Assembly: GCA_041663165.1 (NCBI GenBank)
Contig: JBAZRF010000005.1
Location: 502-64,501 of the forward strand
Length of the DNA stretch: 64,000 nucleotides
Source of the DNA: Minisyncoccota bacterium
GTDB taxonomy: Bacteria; Patescibacteriota; Minisyncoccia; Phycocordibacterales; XYD1-FULL-46-19
Reading direction: 5' to 3'
This document shows positions 16,374-25,245 of the stretch, one piece after another. Position 1 is the stretch's first letter. Each line of letters begins with the position of its first letter. Under the pieces are notes generated by a model. That model ran no database searches and was not told the origin of the DNA. It saw only the letters and a list, made by a program, of their open reading frames with translations. A program made the translations under genes and the position numbers.

Positions 16374-18554
16374 TTACTCAACCGGCCACGATTCGATCAT
16401 TAGTAGAGAATTGGAACCAAGCTCCTGCCAAATTTCCTCAGTGATGAAGGGCATGAAGGGGTGCAGAGTGATGAGGATTTTCTTGAGAGTGTGAAGGAGG
16501 AATTGTTGACGCGAGGTTCTAGTTGGTCCGTCGGAGCCGGCAAAAATCTTTTTGCTATCTTCTAAAATATTAGCTGCCAATTCATCCCAAACATAATGAT
16601 AGAGTTTGTCAGAGGCGAGATGAAAGCGGAAGTTATCGAAATCGGTGGTGATATCAACAATCAAATTATGTCTAATCTCTCTTAATTTTTGATCAGTCTC
16701 TGTATACTTGTTGAAACTCGCGTCATATTGTTTGAAATCCGCATTACTTAAAATGAAGCGGGCCACATTCCACAATTTGTTAGCAAAAAGTTTATAGGCC
16801 TTAATCTTGTCCTCCGACAGGGCCATATCGGTGCCGGGTGTGTTGCCAACCACGAGGGCCATGCGCAGGGCATCGGTGCCATATTTTTCGCCAATCTCCA
16901 CCGGGCTAATGACGTTGCCCTTACTCTTGCTCATTTTTTGGCGCGAACCGTCACGGACCATGCCATGCAAATAGATGGTATGAAAGGGAATTTTACCGGT
17001 ACGATAAATACCAAGCATAATCATTTTGGCCACCCAAAAGAAGAGGATATCGGCGGCCGTTTCCATCACATCGGTTGGGTAAAAAGTTTTAAAATCAGGA
17101 TTATCCGGATAACCCAGGGTCGCAAAAGGCCATTGGCCCGACGAAAACCAAGTGTCAAAGGTATCGGGATCTTTAACTAATTCAGCTCCACATTTTTTAC
17201 ATTTAGTTTCTTTATTATCTAAATTCACCCTGTCGAGTTGTTCGCTATACTCTACAGGGTAAACAACGCCATAATCGCAGAGAGGATTGGTGCAAATTTT
17301 CGCTGGGATTGGGATGCCCCACACAATTTGGCGCGAGATATTCCAATCGCGGATATTCTCAAGCCAATGGAAATAAATTTTTTCTTGAAAGTCGGGGATA
17401 ATTTTTACTTCACCCGATTTAACCACTTCAATTGCTTTTTTCGCGAGCGGTTCCATTTTTACAAACCATTGAGGCATCACTCGCGGTTCGAGGGTGCGAT
17501 TGCACTTATAACAGGTATTGATGGTATGCTCGTAATCTTCTTCTTTTTCCATCAAACCTAAGGTCTTTAAATCTTCAACCACCTTTTTTCTGGCTTCCTC
17601 AATTTTTAAACCTTCGTATTTGCCGGCCGCGCTCGTAAGCCGGCCATTCTTGTCGATTACTTCGACGCCGGTTAAGTTGTGACGCTCGGCAATTTCGAAG
17701 TCAGCGGTATCGTGCCAAGGGGTAATGGTCATTACTCCGGTGCCAAATTCCATATCAATAACTGAATCCTTAACAACCGTAGCTGTAATTTTCCCTTCCA
17801 ACCAATCAACCGGGATTTGTTGCCCTTCCTTATACTCAGCATAACGAGGATCATCGGGGTGCATCACCACATACTTATCGCCAAACTTTGTTTCTGGACG
17901 AGAGGTAGCAATGGTGAAGGGTCCGTACTTCATATAGTATAGTTTATCGGTTTGAGTCACTGGCGTGGTTTCAAGATCAGAAAGGGAAGTTTGATGTTTG
18001 GTGCACCAATTAACAATTCGTTTACCGCGATAAATCAAACCATCATCTGACATTTGTTTGAAAGTGGCGTAAACGGTTTGGATGATGTCTGGGTCAAGCG
18101 TAAATTTTTCGCGCGACCAATCGCAAGATGAACCCAGGGCGCGCAGGTCAGTTTCGGTTGCACTTTTATTATCCTGAGTGAACTTCATAATCTCGCCATA
18201 TAATTCTTCTGGCGAAAAATCGAAGCGAGACTTGCCTTCTTTTTCCAATTTTTTTTCAAACACCACTTGAGTTTCAAAACCGGCATGATCAGTGCCTGGG
18301 AGCCAAAGAGTTTTATAGCCGCGCAGACGCTTATAACGCGTCATCACGTCTTCTAGGGTGACAAACAGGGCGTGACCAGCATGGAGACGGCCGTTGGCGT
18401 TGGGCGGGGGCATGATAATAGTAAAGGCCCCCTTGTCGGTTTGGGGTAAATTATCGGGATTAAAATATCCGCTTTTCTCCCACCGCTCATAAATTCGCTT
18501 CTCGGTCTCGCTCGGGTTATAGGGTTTTAGGAATTTTGAATCGTTATTTAACAT
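16374..18554 (-). CDS. valS: Valine--tRNA ligase (short form lacking the C-terminal coiled coil).
   Basis: This is a class I aaRS: 'PPPNANGRLHAGHAL' (HIGH-type motif), 'KMSKSKGN' (KMSKS), and the ValRS-like 'GTDHAGFETQVVFEKKLEKEGKSRFDFSPEEL'. Confidence 0.7.
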   Translation of the reverse strand: MLNNDSKFLKPYNPSETEKRIYERWEKSGYFNPDNLPQTDKGAFTIIMPPPNANGRLHAGHALFVTLEDVMTRYKRLRGYKTLWLPGTDHAGFETQVVFEKKLEKEGKSRFDFSPEELYGEIMKFTQDNKSATETDLRALGSSCDWSREKFTLDPDIIQTVYATFKQMSDDGLIYRGKRIVNWCTKHQTSLSDLETTPVTQTDKLYYMKYGPFTIATSRPETKFGDKYVVMHPDDPRYAEYKEGQQIPVDWLEGKITATVVKDSVIDMEFGTGVMTITPWHDTADFEIAERHNLTGVEVIDKNGRLTSAAGKYEGLKIEEARKKVVEDLKTLGLMEKEEDYEHTINTCYKCNRTLEPRVMPQWFVKMEPLAKKAIEVVKSGEVKIIPDFQEKIYFHWLENIRDWNISRQIVWGIPIPAKICTNPLCDYGVVYPVEYSEQLDRVNLDNKETKCKKCGAELVKDPDTFDTWFSSGQWPFATLGYPDNPDFKTFYPTDVMETAADILFFWVAKMIMLGIYRTGKIPFHTIYLHGMVRDGSRQKMSKSKGNVISPVEIGEKYGTDALRMALVVGNTPGTDMALSEDKIKAYKLFANKLWNVARFILSNADFKQYDASFNKYTETDQKLREIRHNLIVDITTDFDNFRFHLASDKLYHYVWDELAANILEDSKKIFAGSDGPTRTSRQQFLLHTLKKILITLHPFMPFITEEIWQELGSNSLLMIESWPVE

Positions 18555-18669
18555 TTTTTACCCTATTGAGTAAAAATCTTTTAAGATTTTATGGTGTTAA
18601 AACACCATTACTCAACAGGGTTAATCATACCAAAAAACCCATAATTGGCAAAGGGGAATTGGAGGAGGA

Positions 18670-19869
18670 TTATTTGAGATTTAAATTACCATCGGCTTTG
18701 AAAGTGTTAGATTTTTGGGACTTGCCAGCCAACAAGCGCAAGCCGGCGGAGAGGGCAATCATGGTGGCGTTATCGGTTGAGTAAGATAGCTCAGGGATAA
18801 GTAATTTTAAATTATTGACGCTGGCCATTTTGCTTAAAGCCTCACGCAAGGCGGTATTAGCAATAACCCCGCCACCAGCAATAATGGTTTTGGCCTTGAA
18901 TTTTTGGCCGGCCGATAAAGTTTTAGTCACCAGCACTTCGATGGCGGCCTGTTGAAACTCGTAGGCAATCTCGGCCTTTATTTTTTCGTCAAATTTATTG
19001 GCTTGTTTTAATTTTTGCACCAAATAAAGTACTGCGGTTTTAAGACCCGAAAAAGAAAAATCAAAATCGCCAGAATGGAGCATTGGCCTGGGTAATCTGA
19101 ACTGAGAGGCCTCGCCTCTCAGTTGGGAGTTAGGGTTAACTAAGAGGCGAGGCCTCTCAGTGCTTATTGTTGCCGCTAGTTTAGAAATCTCTGGTCCGCC
19201 CGGATAGGGGAGGTCCAGGATTCGTGCCACTTTATCAAACGCTTCGCCGACTGCGTCATCGCGAGTTCGGCCGATAATTTTATATTTCAGCCAATCTTTC
19301 GATAAAACCAACTCGGTATGCCCGCCGCTAACGATTAAAGAAATGATGGGGAAGGCCACTTTTTGCGGTGTTGCGAGCGAAGCCAGGATATGTCCCTCCA
19401 GATGATTAACCGGGTAAAGTGGTTTATCCCACACCAGCGCCAACGCTTTGGCAAAATTAATACCCACCCACAGCGCCGGCTCCAAGCCTGGCCCCTTGGT
19501 GACGGCAATAGCGTCGATTTTTGGGATTTTTAATTTTGGAATTACGGCAAAAAATTGTTCCTTTAATTCGGGTTCTCGTTCTAAAATTTTATTTATCTTT
19601 TTTTCTATTTTTTCTTCAAACTTTTTCTCTTTGCCTTCTCCCTTACCGAAAGCTTCTCCTAGTGATTTAACCAAAATTGGCACCAAATTCTTGCCGTGTT
19701 CTCGTTTGGCGAGAGAAGGAACAACTCCGCCCCATTCCTGATGGATCTTAATTTGCGAGGAAATATTATGGGCAAGCACCTTAAAAACGGGCTTGGTGAG
19801 AGAGCCTTTAACGTCAACGATACTAATAGCGGTATCGTCGCAACTGGTTTCGATAGCCAAAATTTTCAT
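18670..19869 (-). CDS. tsaD: tRNA N6-adenosine threonylcarbamoyltransferase TsaD (Kae1/YgjD). It carries an in-frame insertion of about 20 aa encoded by a REP-like palindrome doublet.
   Basis: 'MKILAIETSCDDTAISIV', the 'HLEGH' metal motif, 'VSGGHTEL' and 'DFSFSGLKTAV' are present. The protein is 399 aa, against about 340 typical. The extra segment 'TERPRLLVNPNSQLRGEASQF' maps to 19101-19162. Confidence 0.85.
   Translation of the reverse strand: MKILAIETSCDDTAISIVDVKGSLTKPVFKVLAHNISSQIKIHQEWGGVVPSLAKREHGKNLVPILVKSLGEAFGKGEGKEKKFEEKIEKKINKILEREPELKEQFFAVIPKLKIPKIDAIAVTKGPGLEPALWVGINFAKALALVWDKPLYPVNHLEGHILASLATPQKVAFPIISLIVSGGHTELVLSKDWLKYKIIGRTRDDAVGEAFDKVARILDLPYPGGPEISKLAATISTERPRLLVNPNSQLRGEASQFRLPRPMLHSGDFDFSFSGLKTAVLYLVQKLKQANKFDEKIKAEIAYEFQQAAIEVLVTKTLSAGQKFKAKTIIAGGGVIANTALREALSKMASVNNLKLLIPELSYSTDNATMIALSAGLRLLAGKSQKSNTFKADGNLNLK
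19101..19162. repeat. REP-like palindromic element doublet (two inverted copies of core GAGAGGC-CTC/GAG-GCCTCTC separated by 16 nt), located inside the tsaD coding sequence.
   Basis: 'ctgagaggcctcgcctctcag' (19102-19122) and 'ctaagaggcgaggcctctcag' (19140-19160) are visible. The same core, 'ttagaggc(ctc/gag)gcctctaa', recurs at 39256-39280, 39745-39773 and 39961-39989. Confidence 0.75.
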
Positions 19870-20415
19870 AATCTAGCTTAGACAATATAAAGCAAAATGG
19901 GTCAAATTACAAACATAACAAAAGGCGCCTTGGCATATTCTACTGGAGGTAGACTGCTTTGGCGCCGTTCTCTTTTGTCTGGGTGTCTCCCTTTGTCGTT
20001 CCTAGGATCGAGCAAAGTTTGACTGTGAACTTCAGCATGTGCCCGTTCGGTATAGTGACCGGAGTCGGGCTAGGTGTTGCATTGCTTCGGGGGAAACCCG
20101 AAGCGTAAGCGGGGTACTACACGGTACTACGGATGCCATTCTGTGGACATCATCACAATAGAGACTTGTTCGTTGCTCCGCGTAAAAACGGAGAGTCTTG
20201 CGGTATTGCCCTGCTACACTTGGTCTGGTCCTGGGCCCTACCTAGGAAAACCTAAGCCAAACCCTACACGCAGACACAATGCTGTTCCTCAAACATCAAA
20301 GAACTTAATACACTGTATCTGGCTCAAGTATAGCAGATAACGGATAGCTTGTCAAGTATTTTTTATTAAAATCAACCACTTCACCAAAATATGGCTTAAA
20401 ATAAGGGTAAATTGG

Positions 20416-21759
20416 CTACTTCAAAATTGGTTTTAGCCTTTCCCCTAATCCTCGGTAGATTCTGACAAGCAAAAACGTCAATAAGGCGATTCCGCTTGGG
20501 ATTAATGAGGTTAAAGGATTGTCAGTTACAAATTTTAGTATAAGGCCAAGGACATAAACAATCGTACCGACAATAAGGAAGGTATTAATCTCAAAAGCGC
20601 TGGGTTTAAACAAAAAAGAAATAAGAAGGGCCGCGCCAATAACTGAAATCAATGAAATAAGAGCAAAGACTGACGACAAAAAGGAAAATAAATATAAAGA
20701 GGCTCCGGCCGAAATAATTATGCCGAGGATTGTGAAGAGCCTTGTTTTTCTAATGACATTTTCCTTTTTGGTTTTTTTCATTTTCGCTACCAGAACACCA
20801 AGAGCGAAAGCGCTAGAATCGATTGTGCCCATAAAGGCGGCAATTAGAGAGATAATAAGCAATGATCCTAGCCATCCTGGCAGGGCCGCCAAAACCCCTT
20901 CGCTAAATAGATTAGAGGGGTCAGCAATAATCCCAGCAAATTTGAAGTTTATTCCCAAATAGGCAATTGCTCCGGCGACTAAGGCGAGCAGGATAAAAGC
21001 AAAAATCAGTCCTTTTTTTAGGGATTGCGCATCTTTGCTAGCGAAGATTCTTTGAAAACTCTCGGCTTGTCCTAGTAGGCTTAAAAATTGTAATAGCGCC
21101 AGACCGATGGCGAACCAAAATTGAGAAGGATCAAGAGCGGTTGGTATTTTGGCAATTGTAAAATTGACCGGGAAAATAAAAATAGTCAAGACGATTGGTA
21201 ATATCAGAAGTCCTTGAAAGATATCAGTTTTAATGGAGGCCTTAAAACCACCAAACCAGAGATAGACACAAACCACTCCCGTGGTGAGTAAGAGAGCCGG
21301 TATTTTTTCGATGTGGAGCAGGGTGGAGAAGAGGCCGGTGTTAACGAACATTTGTAAAATTAAAAAAAGTGATAGTCCGCCACATAAAATTAAGTTAACA
21401 AAGATTTTACTTAATGATCCATACTGGAGACCAAAGTAATCGCCAATCGAAAGAAGATTGTACTCCTTTTGCAAAGAAGAAAGTCGCTTTTTGTAAAAAA
21501 AGTACAGAACCACAAGGGCCATACCGGCTCCAACAAAGGCCATTAAATACCAAAAGCCATAAAGATAAGCAAAGGTAACACCCAGTACAAAATTATAACC
21601 GGTTAAGAGAGAAGCAAATGTCGTCCAAGTGGACTCGGTCGCCGTGAGATTTTTGGCGCTATTAATGTACTCATCAACGGTTTCTCGACGAGAGGATCGC
21701 CAGGTAATAATGGCCAGTATGCCTAAATACAAAATTAGATAAAATACAGTAATATTCAT
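20416..21759 (-). CDS. Sodium:solute symporter (SSS) family-like transporter.
   Basis: This is a 447-aa polytopic membrane protein (about 12 TM) with an SSS-like N-terminal region. The assignment is tentative. Confidence 0.4.
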   Translation of the reverse strand: MNITVFYLILYLGILAIITWRSSRRETVDEYINSAKNLTATESTWTTFASLLTGYNFVLGVTFAYLYGFWYLMAFVGAGMALVVLYFFYKKRLSSLQKEYNLLSIGDYFGLQYGSLSKIFVNLILCGGLSLFLILQMFVNTGLFSTLLHIEKIPALLLTTGVVCVYLWFGGFKASIKTDIFQGLLILPIVLTIFIFPVNFTIAKIPTALDPSQFWFAIGLALLQFLSLLGQAESFQRIFASKDAQSLKKGLIFAFILLALVAGAIAYLGINFKFAGIIADPSNLFSEGVLAALPGWLGSLLIISLIAAFMGTIDSSAFALGVLVAKMKKTKKENVIRKTRLFTILGIIISAGASLYLFSFLSSVFALISLISVIGAALLISFLFKPSAFEINTFLIVGTIVYVLGLILKFVTDNPLTSLIPSGIALLTFLLVRIYRGLGERLKPILK

Positions 21760-21844
21760 AGTTCCTATTTAATCACACGGGCTAGATAAATGGGGTGAAA
21801 AACAGAGGGGGAGATATAGCCTTATCTTATAAACATATTTTAGC

Positions 21845-21875
21845 TACTAATTGACAAATTATTTGTCAATTAGTA
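21845..21875. promoter_or_regulatory. Perfect 31-bp palindrome TACTAATTGACAAAT-T-ATTTGTCAATTAGTA in a divergent promoter; candidate operator of the adjacent wHTH regulator.
   Basis: The 15-bp arms were read directly from the sequence, and each arm contains TTGACA. It lies between the minus-strand transporter and the plus-strand HTH gene. Confidence 0.5.
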
Positions 21876-21888
21876 TATTTAGATAATT

Positions 21889-22587
21889 ATGATCGGATTA
21901 GACAATTTAGACAATAAAATCTTGAAATTGCTTGGGGAAGAACCCAGTCACCCCTCGGAGATGGCTAGAGAATTGGGGATACTAAGAACAACGATTCATT
22001 ATCGTTTAGGTCGCCTGGCCGAGGCTGGATTAGCAAAAAAGACCATTGTTGGTCGAAAATCTATTTGGCGTCCGGTTTATAAGAATGAGCATAATAAGAG
22101 TTATTACCAGGCCTATTTAGGTCGAGACATTGTCCAAGCCTATAGACAACTTCTCAACTTACCGCCCGACTCAACCATTTTCGCCGTTCAGGGAAGTCTT
22201 GCCGCCAAGAGTGAGTTTGAGAGTTTGCCAACACTCTTTATTAAAGAAGCTCACCGGATATTCAAAAGAAAAAAGATCGTCATGAGAGGGATTTTAAATG
22301 AGAGAGCCTTAGATTTGTTTGCTAAATTAAAAAAAGATCTCGTTAAATCTCATGTTGGCCGAACCCAAAGCATCAAGATGATTTCTGGTAATAAGTTGAG
22401 TGCTCACGGCGAAATAATGTCTAGCGAAAAGATTTTATTACTATCTAACCCAAAGTCGCGTTTTGTTTTAGTGATAAAAGATCCTGGCGTAACAAAAATC
22501 GTCAACGACATGTTTAAACTACTGTTCGAGCTACTTGACGGGAATAAGACCTTTGATCTAAATAGTTATCTAAGTTCAAGATCCTGA
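21889..22587 (+). CDS. Winged-helix (TrmB/MarR-like) transcriptional regulator.
   Basis: The N-terminus 'ILKLLGEEPSHPSEMARELGILRTTIHYRLGRLAEAGLAKK' forms a wHTH. Confidence 0.4.
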   Translation: MIGLDNLDNKILKLLGEEPSHPSEMARELGILRTTIHYRLGRLAEAGLAKKTIVGRKSIWRPVYKNEHNKSYYQAYLGRDIVQAYRQLLNLPPDSTIFAVQGSLAAKSEFESLPTLFIKEAHRIFKRKKIVMRGILNERALDLFAKLKKDLVKSHVGRTQSIKMISGNKLSAHGEIMSSEKILLLSNPKSRFVLVIKDPGVTKIVNDMFKLLFELLDGNKTFDLNSYLSSRS

Positions 22588-23169
22588 TTCTTTTTCGGCC
22601 ACGAGATAATAACGAAAATCGATCGGTTTGAGCTCAACTTTAAAATTATTGGTCGAAAATAGGCTGGCGAGAGAATTTGGGGTATGAAAATGACTGCCCA
22701 TTCGTAGAACTTTTTCAAAGGCCTTAACTAATCGCCCTTTGCCTCTTGTCGGATCATATTCTTCCATCACAATTTGGCCCTTGGTTTTTAAAACTCGCGC
22801 CATTTCTTTGATTGCTTGGTTTTGATTAGGAAAATGATGAAAAGCGTCAACTAAAATTATTTTATCAAAACGATTATCGGTAAAAGGCAAATTCTCGGCG
22901 CTGGCTAAAACGCAAGTCAAACCTTTTTTTTCATGACATTCTTTAAGCATCCCGGTCGAGATGTCGACCACGGTGATTTGGGCGACCTTACCAATTAAAA
23001 ATTTAGCAATTCGCCCGCTCCCGCCACCAAGGTCTAAGACTTGATCAGTCGGCGCAAAATCGGCCAATTCGGCTAGGTGCCCAAAAGTCTTTTTATCACT
23101 AGTGGCCAGATAGTCGTAAATGGGGGCGGTAACATCAAAAAAGCTTTTCATTTTATTTTGCAGATACAA
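22576..23169 (-). CDS. Class I SAM-dependent methyltransferase.
   Basis: 'VLDLGGGSGRIAKFL' is a glycine-rich motif I, and 'KIILVDAFHHF' is motif-II-like. Confidence 0.7.
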   Translation of the reverse strand: MYLQNKMKSFFDVTAPIYDYLATSDKKTFGHLAELADFAPTDQVLDLGGGSGRIAKFLIGKVAQITVVDISTGMLKECHEKKGLTCVLASAENLPFTDNRFDKIILVDAFHHFPNQNQAIKEMARVLKTKGQIVMEEYDPTRGKGRLVKAFEKVLRMGSHFHTPNSLASLFSTNNFKVELKPIDFRYYLVAEKESGS

Positions 23170-24409
23170 TCGAAGTGAACGATGGTTTGATTATCCGACT
23201 ACTTTTAACTAAATAATAAAAACCACCGAGACAAATTAGCATCAATAAAAGGATCGATCCTCGATATTGGATATTCTCACCAAAGTTTTTGAGTAAATAA
23301 AAAGTAAAAAGCCAAACCAACGGCCCCAGAACAGAAGCCGCACGCTCAAAGATCGTAAACAGGCTAAAAAACTCCCCTTGTCTATTTTCGGGCGAAATTT
23401 CAGAATACACCGCTCTTGCCAGAGAGAATAAAAGTCCATAAGCAATACCACTTAAGGCTAAAACAACAAACACGAACGAGGGTATTTGCGGAATAAGGGC
23501 GATAATGCCAAAACAAAACGCATAAAAAACGCTCGATACCCCCAGCGCTTTTTCTTTGTCTTTTAATTTGTAAACAAGCCTGTTTGCCATAAAGCCACCC
23601 ACGACCGTGAAGATTAGACCAGTCATGCCGGCATAGGTTACTAATTTGTCTGAAAAATCAAATACTTTTGTTATGTAAAGCGTTAAATATAACTGAAAAG
23701 TAAGTATCGAATCGGCCAGCAATGAATAACCGATTAAAAAAAGAAAGATTCTCTTTTCGGAAAGTATTGTTTTAAGAAATATTTTGTAAGAAAAGCCCAT
23801 TTTCTCTGCATCGTTTTTTAAATCCTTTTGCTTGAAAAAGGGAATTGAAATTAATGCGAACAATACACCACCGAGGAAAAGCGCCAGCGGCTTTCCACTC
23901 AAACCAATGATCACGAGTGATGAACCCATTATTGGTCCAATTATCCCAAGAGCAAAAGCATTTCCTAATTGTCCTAGACCAAGACCCACCCCTGATACCT
24001 TGGCATTGTTATCAACGCTGGTTATACTTCGCAGCATTGCTGAATAAAAGACATATGAACCCTGAAAACAAACTTGAAATAGAATATAAAAGAAGGAGAG
24101 TCCCAATAATGCCGACACGTTAAAAATATCTATGCTTTGTATTAAAAAGGCGAGAACAAATAATGACACCACCATTAAAACGGAAGCGATTTTTATGAAG
24201 AATATTCTCTTGCCCGTTCGATCAGAGTAGGATCCTAAGTAGGGTAATATAAGCAACAATAATACCGTCGCGACTGACGCCGACACTCCAACCCAAACAT
24301 TGCTCGCGCCTCTCTCCGCCAGCATGAGGGGATAATAAAAAATCAGAACAATTGAAGCAAAGGAGTTTGCAAAATCATAAAGATACCAAAGTCGTACAGC
24401 TTTTTTCAT
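23153..24409 (-). CDS. MFS transporter.
   Basis: The protein is 418 aa with about 12 TM segments, and the loop 'GSYSDRTGKR' resembles the MFS motif A. Confidence 0.55.
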   Translation of the reverse strand: MKKAVRLWYLYDFANSFASIVLIFYYPLMLAERGASNVWVGVSASVATVLLLLILPYLGSYSDRTGKRIFFIKIASVLMVVSLFVLAFLIQSIDIFNVSALLGLSFFYILFQVCFQGSYVFYSAMLRSITSVDNNAKVSGVGLGLGQLGNAFALGIIGPIMGSSLVIIGLSGKPLALFLGGVLFALISIPFFKQKDLKNDAEKMGFSYKIFLKTILSEKRIFLFLIGYSLLADSILTFQLYLTLYITKVFDFSDKLVTYAGMTGLIFTVVGGFMANRLVYKLKDKEKALGVSSVFYAFCFGIIALIPQIPSFVFVVLALSGIAYGLLFSLARAVYSEISPENRQGEFFSLFTIFERAASVLGPLVWLFTFYLLKNFGENIQYRGSILLLMLICLGGFYYLVKSSRIIKPSFTSIVSAK

Positions 24410-24425
24410 ACAAATTCCGTTCGAG

Positions 24426-24498
24426 TGGGCGATACAGGATTCGAACCTGTGACATCCACAACGTCAATGTGGCGCTCTACCAACTGAGCTAACCGCCC
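24426..24498 (-). tRNA. tRNA-Val (anticodon GAC).
   Basis: The reverse complement 'GGGCGGTTAGCTCAGTTGGTAGAGCGCCACATTGACGTTGTGGATGTCACAGGTTCGAATCCTGTATCGCCCA' has anticodon stem ccaca/tgtgg and loop TTGACGT. Confidence 0.75.
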
Positions 24499-25181
24499 AA
24501 ATTATCTGCAATTTCCTGACAAAACTTTCTGCCAATATATACTAATTTTCTTTGTATGGCAACATTGCCGCAACTAATTATACAGACGCCTTTATAATTA
24601 GGATAAGTCTTTGTACCAAGCGTTCTTTTGTCAATTGAGACTTTCCTAAACCTATCAGTCGGCATCTCTAATTTTTTTGCCCAGTATTTTTTCAAAAGCT
24701 CTGGGTCCTGGTCGGCCCGTAAGTGAAGGTAAAAAGATATATTTTCCATCTTAAGATTGTAGACAAATTTCATTACTTTTAAAAAGAATTTTAAAATTAG
24801 CGGGTCTGAATTACCCAAACTCGTTGCTGATCCAGCTTTGTACCCTTCGCCAAGATAAAGCATTGCCAGGCTTAATTCTAATATTTCTCGGTCTTTGTCG
24901 ATTTTATTGAGCGTTTTATCTGCTTCAATTTCGGCGGTTCTCAGTCTGTCTTCTTTTTGCCCGTTGTGCCACTTCGTCGCTCCTTTCCTTGCTTTGATCA
25001 AAGCTCTTTCATGTTTTCGCTTCAATCTTTTCTTTTGTAACGAAGTAAGTTTTATATCTCTGAACCAGCCACTCAAAGTGGAGCGGGGAATGTCCAGAGT
25101 TTTTTCGACATCCCTAATAGATTTGCCTTTTTCTCTTAGTGAGATTGCCTTTGACTTTAACTCGAACCACCTTGATTTCAT
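24489..25181 (-). CDS. HTH-containing protein with a possible single LAGLIDADG-like motif ('LAMLYLGEGYK'); a free-standing homing-endonuclease-like gene next to tRNA-Val.
   Basis: The N-terminal HTH 'GKSIRDVEKTLDIPRSTLSGWFRD' and the stretch 'ILELSLAMLYLGEGY' resemble LAGLIDADG/GxxEGEG variants. The assignment is tentative. Confidence 0.3.
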   Translation of the reverse strand: MKSRWFELKSKAISLREKGKSIRDVEKTLDIPRSTLSGWFRDIKLTSLQKKRLKRKHERALIKARKGATKWHNGQKEDRLRTAEIEADKTLNKIDKDREILELSLAMLYLGEGYKAGSATSLGNSDPLILKFFLKVMKFVYNLKMENISFYLHLRADQDPELLKKYWAKKLEMPTDRFRKVSIDKRTLGTKTYPNYKGVCIISCGNVAIQRKLVYIGRKFCQEIADNLGG

Positions 25182-25245
25182 GTATAAATTATATCATCTG
25201 TGGTTCGAATGAATCAAACAAAAACTGGGGATAAATATATAGCAA

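Noticed and set aside
16938-17561. Antisense ORFs inside valS (16938..17180+, 17238..17561+). Similar short ORFs lie antisense within gyrA (41833..43840), clpB (57369..59090), infB (52821..53806), ftsZ/ftsA (30928..33152) and the DnaA-like gene (26454..27812).
   Set aside because: Each lies within a long, motif-supported gene on the opposite strand, and each lacks any recognisable motif. They are typical shadow ORFs.
16374-18554. Alternative identity of the 726-aa class I aaRS: IleRS or LeuRS rather than ValRS, or a truncated pseudogene.
   Set aside because: The region after 'GTDHAG' ('FETQVVFEKKLEKEGKSRFDFSPEEL') follows the ValRS pattern, and the frame is intact from start to stop. Shortness is attributed to the absence of the C-terminal coiled-coil extension, but this assignment should be confirmed by a profile search.
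20074-20340. An 88-aa ORF (+) inside the GC-rich block between tsaD and the transporter gene.
   Set aside because: The translation is low-complexity and Arg/Gly/Pro/Cys-rich with no motif. The region is far better explained as structured non-coding RNA or DNA; its GC and hairpins drive a spurious open frame.
19880-20415. Whether the 500-bp GC-rich block is tmRNA (ssrA).
   Set aside because: No tRNA-like T-arm (GGTTCGA/GGTTCAA followed by an acceptor and CCA) on either strand, and no tag-peptide ORF ending in a canonical ...AA-stop. It is kept only as an unclassified ncRNA candidate.
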